Source of the DNA: a virus
Taxonomy: Duplodnaviria; Caudoviricetes
Virus record (IMG/VR): IMGVR_UViG_3300005403_000166
Location: 1-54,817 of that record
Direction: 5' to 3' (one strand)
Length of the DNA: 54,817 nt
Part shown: in pieces, positions 1 through 10,202 of the stretch
Position numbering within the stretch: the stretch's first letter is position 1
How the letters are laid out: each line of letters opens with the position of its first letter
The notes under the pieces: generated by a model
The model's database searches: none
The model's input: the letters and a program-made list of their open reading frames with translations, nothing else
Told to the model about the DNA's origin: nothing
Program-made: the position numbers and the translations under genes

Positions 1-1203
1 ATGGAAAATATCACTGATACCAAATTCCACCGGGGGAAGGAAGGGTATCAAAAGGCCTATGCCGATCTGATGATCACAGCTGTCGATCGGGAGCGGATTA
101 CCCAGAAAGACAGAGATTATATCAAGGCGTTCATCTCTGAAATCAGGGCGTATGGGAAACTATCTGACCAGAGATCCTATAAACTTGCGTATCAGTTAGT
201 TGTTCTCCGGGAATACCTCCCTGAATATACAACAGTTGATAATATCTCTGTAATATCTGGGATTGAGAAGATTAAGACAGAGTCAGGGTATACTGCTATC
301 ACTCAGGCAGATTATATTAAACTGGCTAAACGGTTCCTCCTTTGGATGGCCGAATCAGGATATGCTTCTCCATCACTCAATACCGAAAAACTCCGTAAAA
401 TAAAAGCATCAATTGAGATGGTCACAAAAACCCCTGATGATATACTCGCCCCTAATGAAGTTGAGGCGTTATTTAAGGCGGTGACAAATACCAGAGACCG
501 GGCATTTCTTGAGATATTGTATGAATCAGCGGCAAGAGCTGGGGAGATAGCAACGATCACATGGGGTCAGGTGACATTTTATCAAAACTATGCATCTATA
601 ACAGTGAGTGGGAAGACTGGGAAGATCCGGGTCTGTCCTCTATATTCATCTCATGTTATCCTAAGGCGATGGAAGGACCAGTTCTCGGATCCTAAACCCA
701 ATGATCTAATTTTCCGGCCTAATCCTGATGTGAATGAACCATTCACCTACAATGGCATGTTGTACTTGGTTCAGAAAGCATCAGACAGAGCTAATATTTC
801 TAAGAATGTAACTCTCCATATTTTCAGACACTCAAGGATTACACATCTATTACAGGCTGGATTGAATGAGTCAACAATTAAGCTCCTTGCCTGGGGGGAT
901 ATCAGTACTGATATGCTCAAGGTTTATGCTCATCTGGTTCCCGGAGATGTTGAGAATGCATTCAGTCAGTTGTATGGCATCAAACCCATCGAGCAATTCA
1001 AAGGCATCGATCCAGCCATAACCCCCGTTCAATGTCCTGATTGTGGTATGCTTAATCCAAATACTAATAATTTCTGTTCGAATTGTGGAGTGGCCCTGTC
1101 AGCGTATGCAACAGAAGAAAAGAAAATAGCCAAAGCAGTTTACTCCGAAGATGATATCAAACAGATGATTAATGAGGCCATTGAATCAAAACTAAATATA
1201 TAA
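1..1203 (+). CDS. int: Tyrosine recombinase/integrase with C-terminal zinc ribbon
   Basis: Catalytic motifs SAARAGE, GKTG, HIFRH, VYAH; CPDC...CSNC at C-terminus. Confidence 0.93.
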   Translation: MENITDTKFHRGKEGYQKAYADLMITAVDRERITQKDRDYIKAFISEIRAYGKLSDQRSYKLAYQLVVLREYLPEYTTVDNISVISGIEKIKTESGYTAITQADYIKLAKRFLLWMAESGYASPSLNTEKLRKIKASIEMVTKTPDDILAPNEVEALFKAVTNTRDRAFLEILYESAARAGEIATITWGQVTFYQNYASITVSGKTGKIRVCPLYSSHVILRRWKDQFSDPKPNDLIFRPNPDVNEPFTYNGMLYLVQKASDRANISKNVTLHIFRHSRITHLLQAGLNESTIKLLAWGDISTDMLKVYAHLVPGDVENAFSQLYGIKPIEQFKGIDPAITPVQCPDCGMLNPNTNNFCSNCGVALSAYATEEKKIAKAVYSEDDIKQMINEAIESKLNI

Positions 1204-1286
1204 ACTAGATACTGATATAGGTAAGAATCTCTTCAAATAATTGACAGAAACGTGTTTCAAGAATAGGATTTGTTTTGATATAAATC

Positions 1287-1568
1287 CTATGAAACATCCA
1301 TCCTGATGAGTATATCTTCGTTGACGAAGATCTCATGGAGTCGTCTCACCTGGTTTGTGGGCTTGAGTTTGATTTTGACTCCATCACTAAATGTCAAGGC
1401 TTGAGAAAAGTATATTTCAGCCCCTGATTTTGTAAGTCCTTCAAAAATGGGCTTATCCCATTTACCACAATCAATAACTACTGACCATCCGCATGGCAAA
1501 TCTTTATTATTTGAATAGTCATTTATTTGCTTTGCCGGGGGTTGTGCCGTAACCTCTGGTAATTCCAT
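1287..1568 (-). CDS. Hypothetical protein, copy 1 of a four-copy unknown domain
   Basis: WSVVIDCGKWD...E...NQVRRL aligns by eye with 3574-3843, 42423-42839 and 43956-44207; ends in TAG. Confidence 0.6.
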   Translation of the reverse strand: MELPEVTAQPPAKQINDYSNNKDLPCGWSVVIDCGKWDKPIFEGLTKSGAEIYFSQALTFSDGVKIKLKPTNQVRRLHEIFVNEDILIRMDVS

Positions 1569-1761
1569 TTTTGTTACCTAAACCTGCACGGGATTAACCA
1601 TGCAATTGATAATCAATTGTAATTTGAGATAAATATATGCCGGGCGATATAATTTAAAAAGAGTTAGATTAATAGTTTCTACTCCAAACGCTTGCCTTTC
1701 CATATTTTTTTATCGCTGTCCACAAGGTTATTACGTATCTTTGTAATACTTATGTCATCCC

Positions 1762-2037
1762 ATGGTCATACGCAGTCTGATTGCATTGCGGTGCAAAAAA
1801 CTGAATCAGTATATTGTGTCAAAATTAGGAGTTACTATAAAATTCAGCCAGCGCGTGTTAAATCAAATCGATAAATTGATTGAATCAGAAGAATACTCGA
1901 CTAGGTCTGAATTTATCCTTGAAGCTGTGACTCTTCATCTTGATAAGTCCAAGAGAATTGATGAGTTGAAAGAGTTTCTTAAATCTCCTGATGGTATTGC
2001 ACTAATCCATGAAATTCAAAAAAAGGGAGAAAAGTGA
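1762..2037 (+). CDS. Ribbon-helix-helix (CopG/Arc-like) regulator; true start may be downstream
   Basis: GVTIKFSQRVLNQIDKLIESEEYSTRSEFILEAV RHH pattern. Confidence 0.75.
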   Translation: MVIRSLIALRCKKLNQYIVSKLGVTIKFSQRVLNQIDKLIESEEYSTRSEFILEAVTLHLDKSKRIDELKEFLKSPDGIALIHEIQKKGEK

Positions 2038-2640
2038 CTACTGGCCTGAAGGAATTTGTCCTGTAATGAGTAAATATTGCTGACATTGTTTCACAGTTGA
2101 CCAACTCATTCTCAAATCCTTACGTGCTGCCTCCGGAGTCCCTCCGGGGTTTGTAGCGAACCACGATTTAACTTTTAAGACTTTTTCAAATGGGATATCC
2201 CGGATCATTTCTTCAGGGTCTTTCGTATCCTCCGAGTCCCTCCGAGTGGTTAAATCCCGTTTTAGCCGGACCATTAGCAAATGTAGAGACCAGCACAATG
2301 CGACCGGTGGGACTCCGTGAGCTGCCCGACTCAAGGGATCTTCCGGACTGTGTGCTATGTTGAAGGCTATACTGATGATGGTGAATATTCCTACTACAGC
2401 CCATCCCTCCAGGGTTGACTGTCTCTGAATTGAGGCTTGAAGGATGAAAAGAGAGCCCATCACGATAAATGTATCAATTCCCAGAGGCCACAACCACACC
2501 CAATCTGATGAAATTCCAGCGGCTTTTGCAGCATCAGTGAGGTTCATGAAACTGAGCGCAAAGGAGGAAATACAGATAATTGCGAACAGAAGGGAGAAAA
2601 TGATTGTGAATATGTATTGGATTATTGTTCTTGCATTCAT
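2038..2640 (-). CDS. DUF2637-like four-TM membrane protein with C-terminal HTH
   Basis: ALSF..L...A, WLWPLGID, SIAFNIAH, VPPVAL motifs; ends in TAG. Confidence 0.65.
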   Translation of the reverse strand: MNARTIIQYIFTIIFSLLFAIICISSFALSFMNLTDAAKAAGISSDWVWLWPLGIDTFIVMGSLFILQASIQRQSTLEGWAVVGIFTIISIAFNIAHSPEDPLSRAAHGVPPVALCWSLHLLMVRLKRDLTTRRDSEDTKDPEEMIRDIPFEKVLKVKSWFATNPGGTPEAARKDLRMSWSTVKQCQQYLLITGQIPSGQ

Positions 2641-3503
2641 ATCCTAAAACCAGATCTATAATCGAAGGCTTTCTGGAAAGTCTTTATCCCTCCGAGGGCC
2701 TCCGAGGTGTCTTTCCAGGTGTTAGTATGAGATGGTGAATTTTCAGTACCCCAATACCAAGTGTCAATACCATACTGTGGATCTACATAATGATACTGTT
2801 TAGGATATTGTCCCATACCTCTTCCTTCCACGATACTTCCTGAATAAAGGGTTTTTACACCGCCTTCTGCAAACCCACTACCTGAATTAGTATCCGGAGA
2901 TACAGCTATCTGATAGTTGAGTTCTGCTGGAATGTAATCGTGTGAAGCCACGGATCGGATCTGCCCCTTTGTAGATACTTGAGCAATATTAATATTGATG
3001 AGTCTGCTCTTTGCTGTGACAATATCACAGAATGGCGGTAAGGTTTCATCATGTGATGAGAATACGCACCGGATGTTATCGGTTGCGTTGTTCCAGTTTC
3101 CTGCATTGTCTTCCAGGAATTCTTCTTCTCCTACCAGATGTGATCCTTCCATACTCCCATAGGTAAGGACTTTTGTTGTCTCGATATTGTATATTCCATC
3201 TGCCTGATCTTTAGATGAAAAATCCCAATTCTTGTTCACTGATAGTTTTCCCCCATTTGTAAGTAGAGTATCCTGATATCGAGTCAACGAAATCGCCTGG
3301 TATTGTTCGATCCAACCATCCCATAGCGCAGATGGAGACCCAATAGTCCAATCCATATCAGCGGATGATTCAGCTTGCCCAGTTGCATCAATCACCGTAT
3401 CAACAGAGAATACCTGATTTTCAGGGGTCTGGTTTGGTAGTCTGTCTGCAAGACCTGAACTTATTATACACGCAATCAAGAAAGAGATTAAGAGAATTCG
3501 CAT
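2637..3503 (-). CDS. Secreted beta-rich cell-surface-like protein
   Basis: N-terminal signal peptide; S/T/G/D-rich alternating strands; Cys pair. Confidence 0.65.
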   Translation of the reverse strand: MRILLISFLIACIISSGLADRLPNQTPENQVFSVDTVIDATGQAESSADMDWTIGSPSALWDGWIEQYQAISLTRYQDTLLTNGGKLSVNKNWDFSSKDQADGIYNIETTKVLTYGSMEGSHLVGEEEFLEDNAGNWNNATDNIRCVFSSHDETLPPFCDIVTAKSRLININIAQVSTKGQIRSVASHDYIPAELNYQIAVSPDTNSGSGFAEGGVKTLYSGSIVEGRGMGQYPKQYHYVDPQYGIDTWYWGTENSPSHTNTWKDTSEALGGIKTFQKAFDYRSGFRI

Positions 3504-3573
3504 TATTCTTGTGGATTTGTGGTATCTATCGAAAAAGGTTACGAAATTATCCAGGGGTTGATTAATTCACTGA

Positions 3574-3843
3574 CTAAAAAGTCACATCCCACCCCACAAT
3601 AAATTCCCTCTCTATTGTGAGGAGATTACGTACTTCGGATTGAAGTCTGATTTTGGGTATTTTGTCTACGGCTGAACACAAAACCTTTTGAGCTTCCTGA
3701 GCTTGTTCAATTGTCAGGTTTTCAGCCATCGGGAAATCAATAGACCCCGCATCATACACAACAGCATACGGGATGAATTTTTGAGAAGAGTCTTTATCGA
3801 TTGTCATCTGGTTTTCACCGACGTTGCTTCGGTGCAACGACAA
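3574..3843 (-). CDS. Hypothetical protein, copy 2 of the four-copy domain
   Basis: YAVVYDAGSID...E...SEVRNL; ends in TAG. Confidence 0.6.
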   Translation of the reverse strand: MSLHRSNVGENQMTIDKDSSQKFIPYAVVYDAGSIDFPMAENLTIEQAQEAQKVLCSAVDKIPKIRLQSEVRNLLTIEREFIVGWDVTF

Positions 3844-4050
3844 TCATAATATTATTAGGTCTAATGATACTTTACTTTTTCTTTTACCTGGAGTATTGAT
3901 GTTTAATGGTGGAAAAAGTGGAAAATATTAGCTCCGATTCTAAAAATCATTAGGTACCAATCCAAATACTCATTAAAGTGGACGTTTATGTTCTTCCGAT
4001 TATAATTTTTTTACTGGTAGGGCAAGTAAAAAAAGAAAAATAAATACTTT

Positions 4051-5580
4051 TCAAACCTTAATTTTCACCTGTTTAGTCATATGATCCATGGTCCTCATTG
4101 CTTCTTCCTTCCGCTGTGCCGCGTAAAGATTTACTTCATCTTGAGTTTTCTTCGTCACCATCATCAGTACATTCCCGGTGTCGAATCTTCCGGTTCTCCC
4201 TCTCCTCTGGATGGTTCTGACTTCAGAGGGGATCGGTTCATAGAAGATCACAAGGTCACAGGACGGGATATCTAATCCTTCTTCACCAACCGATGTCGAG
4301 ACCAGTACTCTGATCTCTCCGGACCTGAACCGGTCAAGAGTTTCAGTCTGTTTCTTCTGACTCATCCCCTTCTCACCGTCCTTGGTTGCCTGACCGGTAA
4401 AGGGGCTTGCTTTGATACCCTGGCTTTTGAGGAGTGTGACGATCAGTGAAACAGTATCCCGGAACTCGGCAAAGATCAGAATCTTCATCTCCGGGTTTCG
4501 TTTCAGGTTGGTTTGAACAATTCCAGGAAGTCTCACAGCTTTCGGGTGAATCTCATCATTTCCTGCTTCACTCACCTCGTCAAAGATCGCCTTCAGAGTT
4601 GACTCCTGAACAAGTCGTTTCGTTGCTCCCTTTGCATCGGACTTCATCCCTTCAGTGAATATCTTGTTCAGGAACTTCCGGAGAGGGATCAGACCTTGCG
4701 TCTCTGCCACCTTTGCAGCGTGACGCATCTTCATGATCTCACCGTAAAGCCTGGCAAGTTCAAACCCGGTGCCGTCCTTCTGTGCAATCAAGCCGGTGAA
4801 GTAAATTCTCAAAGCGTTGAGTTGGGCTTGTTTGGGTGGGATTGAGATCTTGAACCCGATCTTTTGAACGTCTTTGCACCTGGCAGTGACGATATCTTTA
4901 CCGGTCATCGAAGCCCGGAGGAGAAGATCAGGCAGTTCTAACCATAGTTTCAGGATCTCCTTCTCGTGCATGTACGGCTTGACATCCTCATCCTCTTCAG
5001 TCTTGATGATGACTTTCTCGACGAACAAGGCATCCTTGATCTGATCGACCTTCTTCTCATCACCCCCGGGTGAGGCGGTCATAGCAAGGATGAGCGGGTT
5101 CATGGCTGTCGAGTTGTATTCCCCTGCAATGAATGTGTACGCATAGCCACCCACGGCCCGGTGTGCTTCATCGATCACCAGGAGAGAGACTTTCTCAAGT
5201 GAATAGGTGTGAGACTTGAGATCGTTTTCGACAGTCTGCGGAGTAGCGATGATTACCTGTGCATCATTCCATTCCTTGAGTCGTTCTGCTGCCTGGAGTT
5301 CTCCGGTTAAGAGTCTGACCGCGGTATATGGTAAGAATTTCTCAAAACTCTTGTGGTGCTGTTCGCAGAGGGGTTTCGTCGGTGCAACCAGGAGTACTTT
5401 CTGATCCCCGGTCAACCGTTCGGCCATGACCATAAGGGCAGTGGGCGTCTTTCCTAATCCGGTCGGGAGGATCACCAGAGTGTTCTGGTGCAATGCCTCT
5501 TTTGAGATGGCCAATTGATATTCTCGGGCCTGAACCGTATTCGGATTGACTAGCGGGTGAGAAAAATATTCAGGAGTCAT
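4051..5580 (-). CDS. hef: Hef/FANCM/Mph1-type SF2 DEAH helicase, helicase portion only (no ERCC4 nuclease)
   Basis: AREYQ, LPTGLGKT, DEAHRA, MTASPG, GEEGLDIP, IQRRGRTGR motifs. Confidence 0.9.
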   Translation of the reverse strand: MTPEYFSHPLVNPNTVQAREYQLAISKEALHQNTLVILPTGLGKTPTALMVMAERLTGDQKVLLVAPTKPLCEQHHKSFEKFLPYTAVRLLTGELQAAERLKEWNDAQVIIATPQTVENDLKSHTYSLEKVSLLVIDEAHRAVGGYAYTFIAGEYNSTAMNPLILAMTASPGGDEKKVDQIKDALFVEKVIIKTEEDEDVKPYMHEKEILKLWLELPDLLLRASMTGKDIVTARCKDVQKIGFKISIPPKQAQLNALRIYFTGLIAQKDGTGFELARLYGEIMKMRHAAKVAETQGLIPLRKFLNKIFTEGMKSDAKGATKRLVQESTLKAIFDEVSEAGNDEIHPKAVRLPGIVQTNLKRNPEMKILIFAEFRDTVSLIVTLLKSQGIKASPFTGQATKDGEKGMSQKKQTETLDRFRSGEIRVLVSTSVGEEGLDIPSCDLVIFYEPIPSEVRTIQRRGRTGRFDTGNVLMMVTKKTQDEVNLYAAQRKEEAMRTMDHMTKQVKIKV

Positions 5581-5881
5581 TTTTCTCCAGCTGGTTGTCT
5601 TTATCCATCAAGGTTGTTATTTCATCGACTCTATAGTGAAATGGCCATCTCAATTTAGGCCCTATTTTTAATTTAAGTTTCAAATGTGAACTAAATTGTA
5701 ATTTAGGGCTCAAATTGTCAGGTGGAAAATGAGAAATCGTGGCCATCATGGCATCACCCCCCATTATCGTACCCATCACAGTTTTTCTTTGCCAAATTCC
5801 AATCATGTAAATAATCACAGACCAATCCAGAATAATAGCATATCCCTGCTTTTCCGCACTCTATACATGGCTTTGTTTTAC

Positions 5882-6151
5882 TCATCTCTCATCCCCCTTT
5901 ACGACGGCTTTCTGCTCTATATCGATCTGCTCTGTCTTCTTTTTCCTCTCACAATCCTGACAGAGAGGATTTTCAGTCTCAATTTTGTAGAGAAGAGAGG
6001 TTCCGCAAGCGGAACATTTTCCAATTATGCAAAGTATCCCTTCGGGTTCCTCCTCTTCAGGGCATTCAGGCTCTGAACCGTAAATGGGACAATCTGAACC
6101 ACATAGCCCTGAAATTCCACAATCAAAGCAAGAGGGATCATAATCATCCAT
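5882..6151 (-). CDS. Cys-rich putative zinc-binding protein
   Basis: Several CxxC pairs; overlaps the upstream gene in operon fashion. Confidence 0.55.
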   Translation of the reverse strand: MDDYDPSCFDCGISGLCGSDCPIYGSEPECPEEEEPEGILCIIGKCSACGTSLLYKIETENPLCQDCERKKKTEQIDIEQKAVVKGDER

Positions 6152-6569
6152 GATTACACACCTCTGATGCAGGGCATAGATCGGGGATACATGAATTACA
6201 TCCCCGGTTGAAATCAGGGCAAATGTCGCTTACATAGGCGAAGAAATGAACATACAATATTTGTGAATCCCGATGAAGGCTACGTTTAGGATACAACCGA
6301 TCCCAGAATTGCTGAAACTCCTCAGGGCTTGAGAACCCTTCTGCGTTATAATAGGCGTCCCGAACTGAGTACAAAGCACAGGAATGAATATGAACTATCC
6401 GGTATAGTCGGTCTTTGACCAGGAACAGATCCCCGATATCACCTTTTCTTTCATGCCGTGATGTGCAGCACTTCTTTCCCTGGATGATCAGTTCCTCCAT
6501 CTCCGGAGCGAAGGCAAGAGGGATTACCGGCATGGTGACTCCGGGATTACATTCCCAACAATATGACAT
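6144..6569 (-). CDS. ASCH/PUA-like domain protein (start probably internal, MPVIPLAF)
   Basis: IIQGKKxxTSR...GD and AEGFSSPEEF motifs. Confidence 0.7.
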   Translation of the reverse strand: MSYCWECNPGVTMPVIPLAFAPEMEELIIQGKKCCTSRHERKGDIGDLFLVKDRLYRIVHIHSCALYSVRDAYYNAEGFSSPEEFQQFWDRLYPKRSLHRDSQILYVHFFAYVSDICPDFNRGCNSCIPDLCPASEVCNHG

Positions 6570-6928
6570 TTGAACTTATCAGAGAGTTCTGTTGCGTACT
6601 CAATAGCGTGTTTTCTCTCACGCCCCCCAAATTTCTTACTGAATCCACCAGAGTAGATTTTATGACTCTGACCGTCTGGGATATCCGGGTAATGATAGAG
6701 GCTTACGTTGTAAAATACCGGGGAACTGGAATATTTATACCGATACAGTTCAACCACGGGAATGAATGTAAGCGATTTCAGGTAGTCGCGTCTCTCATGA
6801 GCTGCTGTGATGTAGTTTTCAAGATTTGTAATATTTTCACGAGCATACCCGATATGATTGCCAATGATTTCAGCGTCAAACATTGTTGCAAGGTCACGGG
6901 AAGAGAAGTTGATATGGTTCATTCCCAA
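6524..6928 (-). CDS. Hypothetical protein
   Basis: 134-aa ORF in the tightly packed leftward operon. Confidence 0.6.
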   Translation of the reverse strand: MGMNHINFSSRDLATMFDAEIIGNHIGYARENITNLENYITAAHERRDYLKSLTFIPVVELYRYKYSSSPVFYNVSLYHYPDIPDGQSHKIYSGGFSKKFGGRERKHAIEYATELSDKFKCHIVGNVIPESPCR

Positions 6929-7446
6929 TTCCCCCTCACTACCAGGATCGTGGCCGGGCCTTTTTCATCCAACAAGGCATATGATTGTTCTATTGGGTGT
7001 GCCAACTTTCCGCCGAATGTCCATTCATCATCCGGAAGACTCAATTTCGCTACTTCATCCTTCCTCATGACCAACCCCCGGACGAGGTCGGCGGTTGGAA
7101 TAAGGGCCAGAACTTCGGCCGGAATTTTCACCGGTTCGAGAGTATAATCACAAATTTCATCATATTCTGAAGTTCCCTCTCCTGAATCTTGTCTTCCCCA
7201 CCAGTTCCCATCTTTATCATATCCATCTCCATCAAGTTCTGAATCTGGGGGTCTTTTGGCAGTATATGTTTTTTTGGCTCGTTTGAGAACAACCCCCATA
7301 CAAACGCCTTCGACCTCTTCTGACCAGCAATCATCCAAATATTGCCGTATGGCTTCATTGGATTGTTTTTCTGCTACTTCAAGTGAAGACTCTCTTTGAA
7401 ATCCATCCCCTTCAGGGTCATAATAGAAAAATGGGTATTTACTCAT
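6919..7446 (-). CDS. Hypothetical acidic phage protein
   Basis: 175-aa ORF with ATGA overlap to neighbour. Confidence 0.65.
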   Translation of the reverse strand: MSKYPFFYYDPEGDGFQRESSLEVAEKQSNEAIRQYLDDCWSEEVEGVCMGVVLKRAKKTYTAKRPPDSELDGDGYDKDGNWWGRQDSGEGTSEYDEICDYTLEPVKIPAEVLALIPTADLVRGLVMRKDEVAKLSLPDDEWTFGGKLAHPIEQSYALLDEKGPATILVVRGNWE

Positions 7447-7664
7447 ACCGCCACCGCCCGGGGCTGCAGGTAATCCTTTCCCTGCTTGGTGATCTCAAGC
7501 TTGCAATCGTAGTGATACACAGCATGTCCGGCAAGCACAACAGACTCAATTGCCTTGTTTACCTGGATCGGTGAATGGCCTGACAACCGGTACCGGACCT
7601 GGTCCCGAGTGGTGCCATCATTCCGGCAGATGTCGATAAGGACAAGGCGTTCAAGGGGGGTCAT
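7443..7664 (-). CDS. Small winged-helix protein
   Basis: wHTH pattern ending LEITKQGKDYL. Confidence 0.6.
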   Translation of the reverse strand: MTPLERLVLIDICRNDGTTRDQVRYRLSGHSPIQVNKAIESVVLAGHAVYHYDCKLEITKQGKDYLQPRAVAV

Positions 7665-8959
7665 GCTAACACCTGCTGTCCGGGCTCTTTCGATTGAACC
7701 TCGACCGGAGCTTGAACCATTCCATCAGAAATGGTGAATCCTATCTTCCCGGATTCATCAACGGCCTCAATAAATACCTGCATCCCGTGTTCTGCAGCCA
7801 TGTCAGCGATCAGTCCCTTGCTCCTGGAGTCAAGCAACGAACCATCCCTGATTATCAAAAACTTGAGAGAGGGGTTCATGGCGATCCCAATTGCCAGACT
7901 TACCCGGATCTGTTCGGCTGAACTGGCCTGCTTGAGTGGAACGCCCTGGAAGAGAACCCCTGACTCATCGAACGACAACCCGGATATCGGGAACTTTGCT
8001 GACTGTAAAGCGTCCTTCTTGTCCTGATCGATGTCCTTGATTGCTTCGGAGATTTCACTGACCTTAGTCTCTGCCTGCTGCAGTCGTTCACTGACACTGA
8101 TAGCCTGTTGTTTCTGCCTGACAAGCCGGTTGGTTTCCTCGATGTTTCTCAGTTGTTCCTGTAGAGGGGCAATCTCTTTCAATGGTTCGTTCTTTAACTC
8201 ATTCCACTGATGGTTGCTCTCCTTTGACCACAAAATAGCAAGTTGTTTTTCCAATGCATCCAGTTGAGCACGTAGTTTATCAGCCTCATCACGGGTCTTC
8301 AGGCATAATTGGTGCAGCGTGTTATATTCTAATTCAACTGACCTGATGTCAGAATTGAATTTCTGTGCCTCTTGGATCTGATTGAGTAAATCCCCGGCAG
8401 AGATCTCCTGATCAGGCACTTCCCCGGTGATCGGTGGAATCTCTTTCAGTTGTGACTGCAGTCCGGTGACTGATGCCGATGCCTGACTTTTCTGCAGTAG
8501 TAACTCAGCACGTTCCCGGTCAAACTCCGAGAAGTCGATACCGAGCAGGTCCATGAGGGTCTGTCTCTGATCTTTCGGCTGCATCCGGATGAACTCAAGA
8601 GGGTCAAACCCGATCCGAGAGAAGAACTGATCGAGCATTGCCTGAGGGCTTGAGTATTTTGCCCCGGCGATTGTTTCCACTTTGAGCTGAGTACCTGATG
8701 GGGTCCAGGTCCGGGTGACAGTCATGTCCCCGAGGTCAATGATTACAACGGCCTTCTTCTCACCTTCGTGGATTGGTTTCGGGATATTATTGGATGCATC
8801 TCTCCAGTTCAAGGCCGCACAAATGGCATTGAGTACTGACGACTTCCCCTCACCATTTGCTCCGGTGATGTAGATCACGTCACCATCCGGGGAGATGTCC
8901 ACTGCCTTGAGTCTCATGAAGTTTTCGGCAGTGATCCGGGTGATTCTCCGAGAGGTCAT
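7661..8959 (-). CDS. SMC/Rad50/SbcC-like ATPase with coiled coil
   Basis: ENF motif, Walker A GANGEGKS, central coiled coil, signature-like SSAEQ, degenerate Walker B IIRDGS. Confidence 0.8.
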   Translation of the reverse strand: MTSRRITRITAENFMRLKAVDISPDGDVIYITGANGEGKSSVLNAICAALNWRDASNNIPKPIHEGEKKAVVIIDLGDMTVTRTWTPSGTQLKVETIAGAKYSSPQAMLDQFFSRIGFDPLEFIRMQPKDQRQTLMDLLGIDFSEFDRERAELLLQKSQASASVTGLQSQLKEIPPITGEVPDQEISAGDLLNQIQEAQKFNSDIRSVELEYNTLHQLCLKTRDEADKLRAQLDALEKQLAILWSKESNHQWNELKNEPLKEIAPLQEQLRNIEETNRLVRQKQQAISVSERLQQAETKVSEISEAIKDIDQDKKDALQSAKFPISGLSFDESGVLFQGVPLKQASSAEQIRVSLAIGIAMNPSLKFLIIRDGSLLDSRSKGLIADMAAEHGMQVFIEAVDESGKIGFTISDGMVQAPVEVQSKEPGQQVLA

Positions 8960-9390
8960 AAGGCCCCCACGATCTTATCAAATGCAACACATTCAGATCC
9001 TTCAGAGGGAAGGCCTTCACCATTCAACTTTTCTCTATCATATTCAATTGAATTTGTCAATTCTACCCATTCACTTCTTTTTAGTGAGATGGAGACTATA
9101 TCATCGTCGGATGATTCAATCGGCTCACCCTTCCAGATCTTATCAAAGTTGAGATAGGCTTCTTCCGGAGTTTTCCCTATTGCGACGACCCCATATTCAT
9201 CAGGGTATTGTGCCACGTACTCGATAGAACCATCAGCGAGATCACATTTTTTGATAATTGCATGGAGCATCAAGCAGGGCCGTAGCATTTCTGAAGATCT
9301 CTTGCAAGCGTCAATCGCAGCATCCTGAATAATGCCGAGTGTTTGTGAGATCATTGGTTCCAGGTAAGGGGGGCAGATTATCCCCTCCAT
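8956..9390 (-). CDS. Hypothetical protein
   Basis: 144-aa ORF, translationally coupled. Confidence 0.55.
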   Translation of the reverse strand: MEGIICPPYLEPMISQTLGIIQDAAIDACKRSSEMLRPCLMLHAIIKKCDLADGSIEYVAQYPDEYGVVAIGKTPEEAYLNFDKIWKGEPIESSDDDIVSISLKRSEWVELTNSIEYDREKLNGEGLPSEGSECVAFDKIVGAL

Positions 9391-9596
9391 TATATCTCAC
9401 CCCCGAACGTGAATACCCCGGTTTCCTGGGTGAGGTTCTGCTCGTTGAGTAAATCATCAATGCTGGTGATCCCGTCGCTGGTCTTGTGGATGGTTGTGCA
9501 GCCTCCGGTCATGTCGATGGATACCGATCCGGAAGATGCCGGGATGATGATGGCTGCAAGGATGAGGAGAAGGGAGAGAGCAGCGAGGAGGTTCAT
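9390..9596 (-). CDS. Small secreted/membrane protein
   Basis: Hydrophobic N-terminus; coupled to neighbours. Confidence 0.5.
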   Translation of the reverse strand: MNLLAALSLLLILAAIIIPASSGSVSIDMTGGCTTIHKTSDGITSIDDLLNEQNLTQETGVFTFGGEI

Positions 9597-9775
9597 GCTG
9601 TCACCTTCTGAAGGAAATCACATCCAAAACCCCCGGACCATCCTTCTAGTATGACGACTTCAACACCGCATCCTAGTTTCCAGGGTTCACTCTTCACAAT
9701 CCAAATTTTATCGGAATATTCTTCAGCTTCACAGCAGTTGACCATTTTTACATGGTCGCCGATCTTGAAGGTCAT
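9593..9775 (-). CDS. Small SH3-like beta-barrel protein
   Basis: FKIGDHV start typical of small phage SH3-like proteins; ATGA overlaps. Confidence 0.55.
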   Translation of the reverse strand: MTFKIGDHVKMVNCCEAEEYSDKIWIVKSEPWKLGCGVEVVILEGWSGGFGCDFLQKVTA

Positions 9776-10200
9776 GCAGTCTCACCGACCGGAGTGACCT
9801 CGGCATCGATGATCATGTCAGAATCTTCGGGAGGGAGTTCATTTACTCCCTCAATCTCGATCTCCACTTCCCCCGGTGGAAGGGCTAGTTGGTCATTACC
9901 TTCTATGAGATCCTGTCCTTCGATCAGCAGCGAGTCGGCCGGTTCGAATGAGGCCAGTGGTTTTTCAGGCCTGGGGTCCAGAGGTGAAACGGTGACGGCT
10001 GCAGTGGCCTTTATCTTGGAACATACAACCTCGATCTTTTTCTTTGAATCAAATGCATCTGCAAAGAATTCTTTTAATTTCAACTGCATCTCTTCCAGAG
10101 CACTCATCATACTCGCTCCGGATGCTACTAGGCCAATATCTTTAGCCTCTGCATCCCACTGAATCCCGTCTTCTGATGAGAGGGTGACTTTCACCTTCAT
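9772..10200 (-). CDS. Hypothetical acidic protein
   Basis: GGAGGTG RBS, coupled. Confidence 0.6.
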   Translation of the reverse strand: MKVKVTLSSEDGIQWDAEAKDIGLVASGASMMSALEEMQLKLKEFFADAFDSKKKIEVVCSKIKATAAVTVSPLDPRPEKPLASFEPADSLLIEGQDLIEGNDQLALPPGEVEIEIEGVNELPPEDSDMIIDAEVTPVGETA

Positions 10201-10202
10201 GA

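Noticed and set aside
1-60. Attachment site / provirus boundary
   Set aside because: The window begins at the integrase ATG and ends at a stop codon; no terminal direct repeat or host tRNA fragment is visible.
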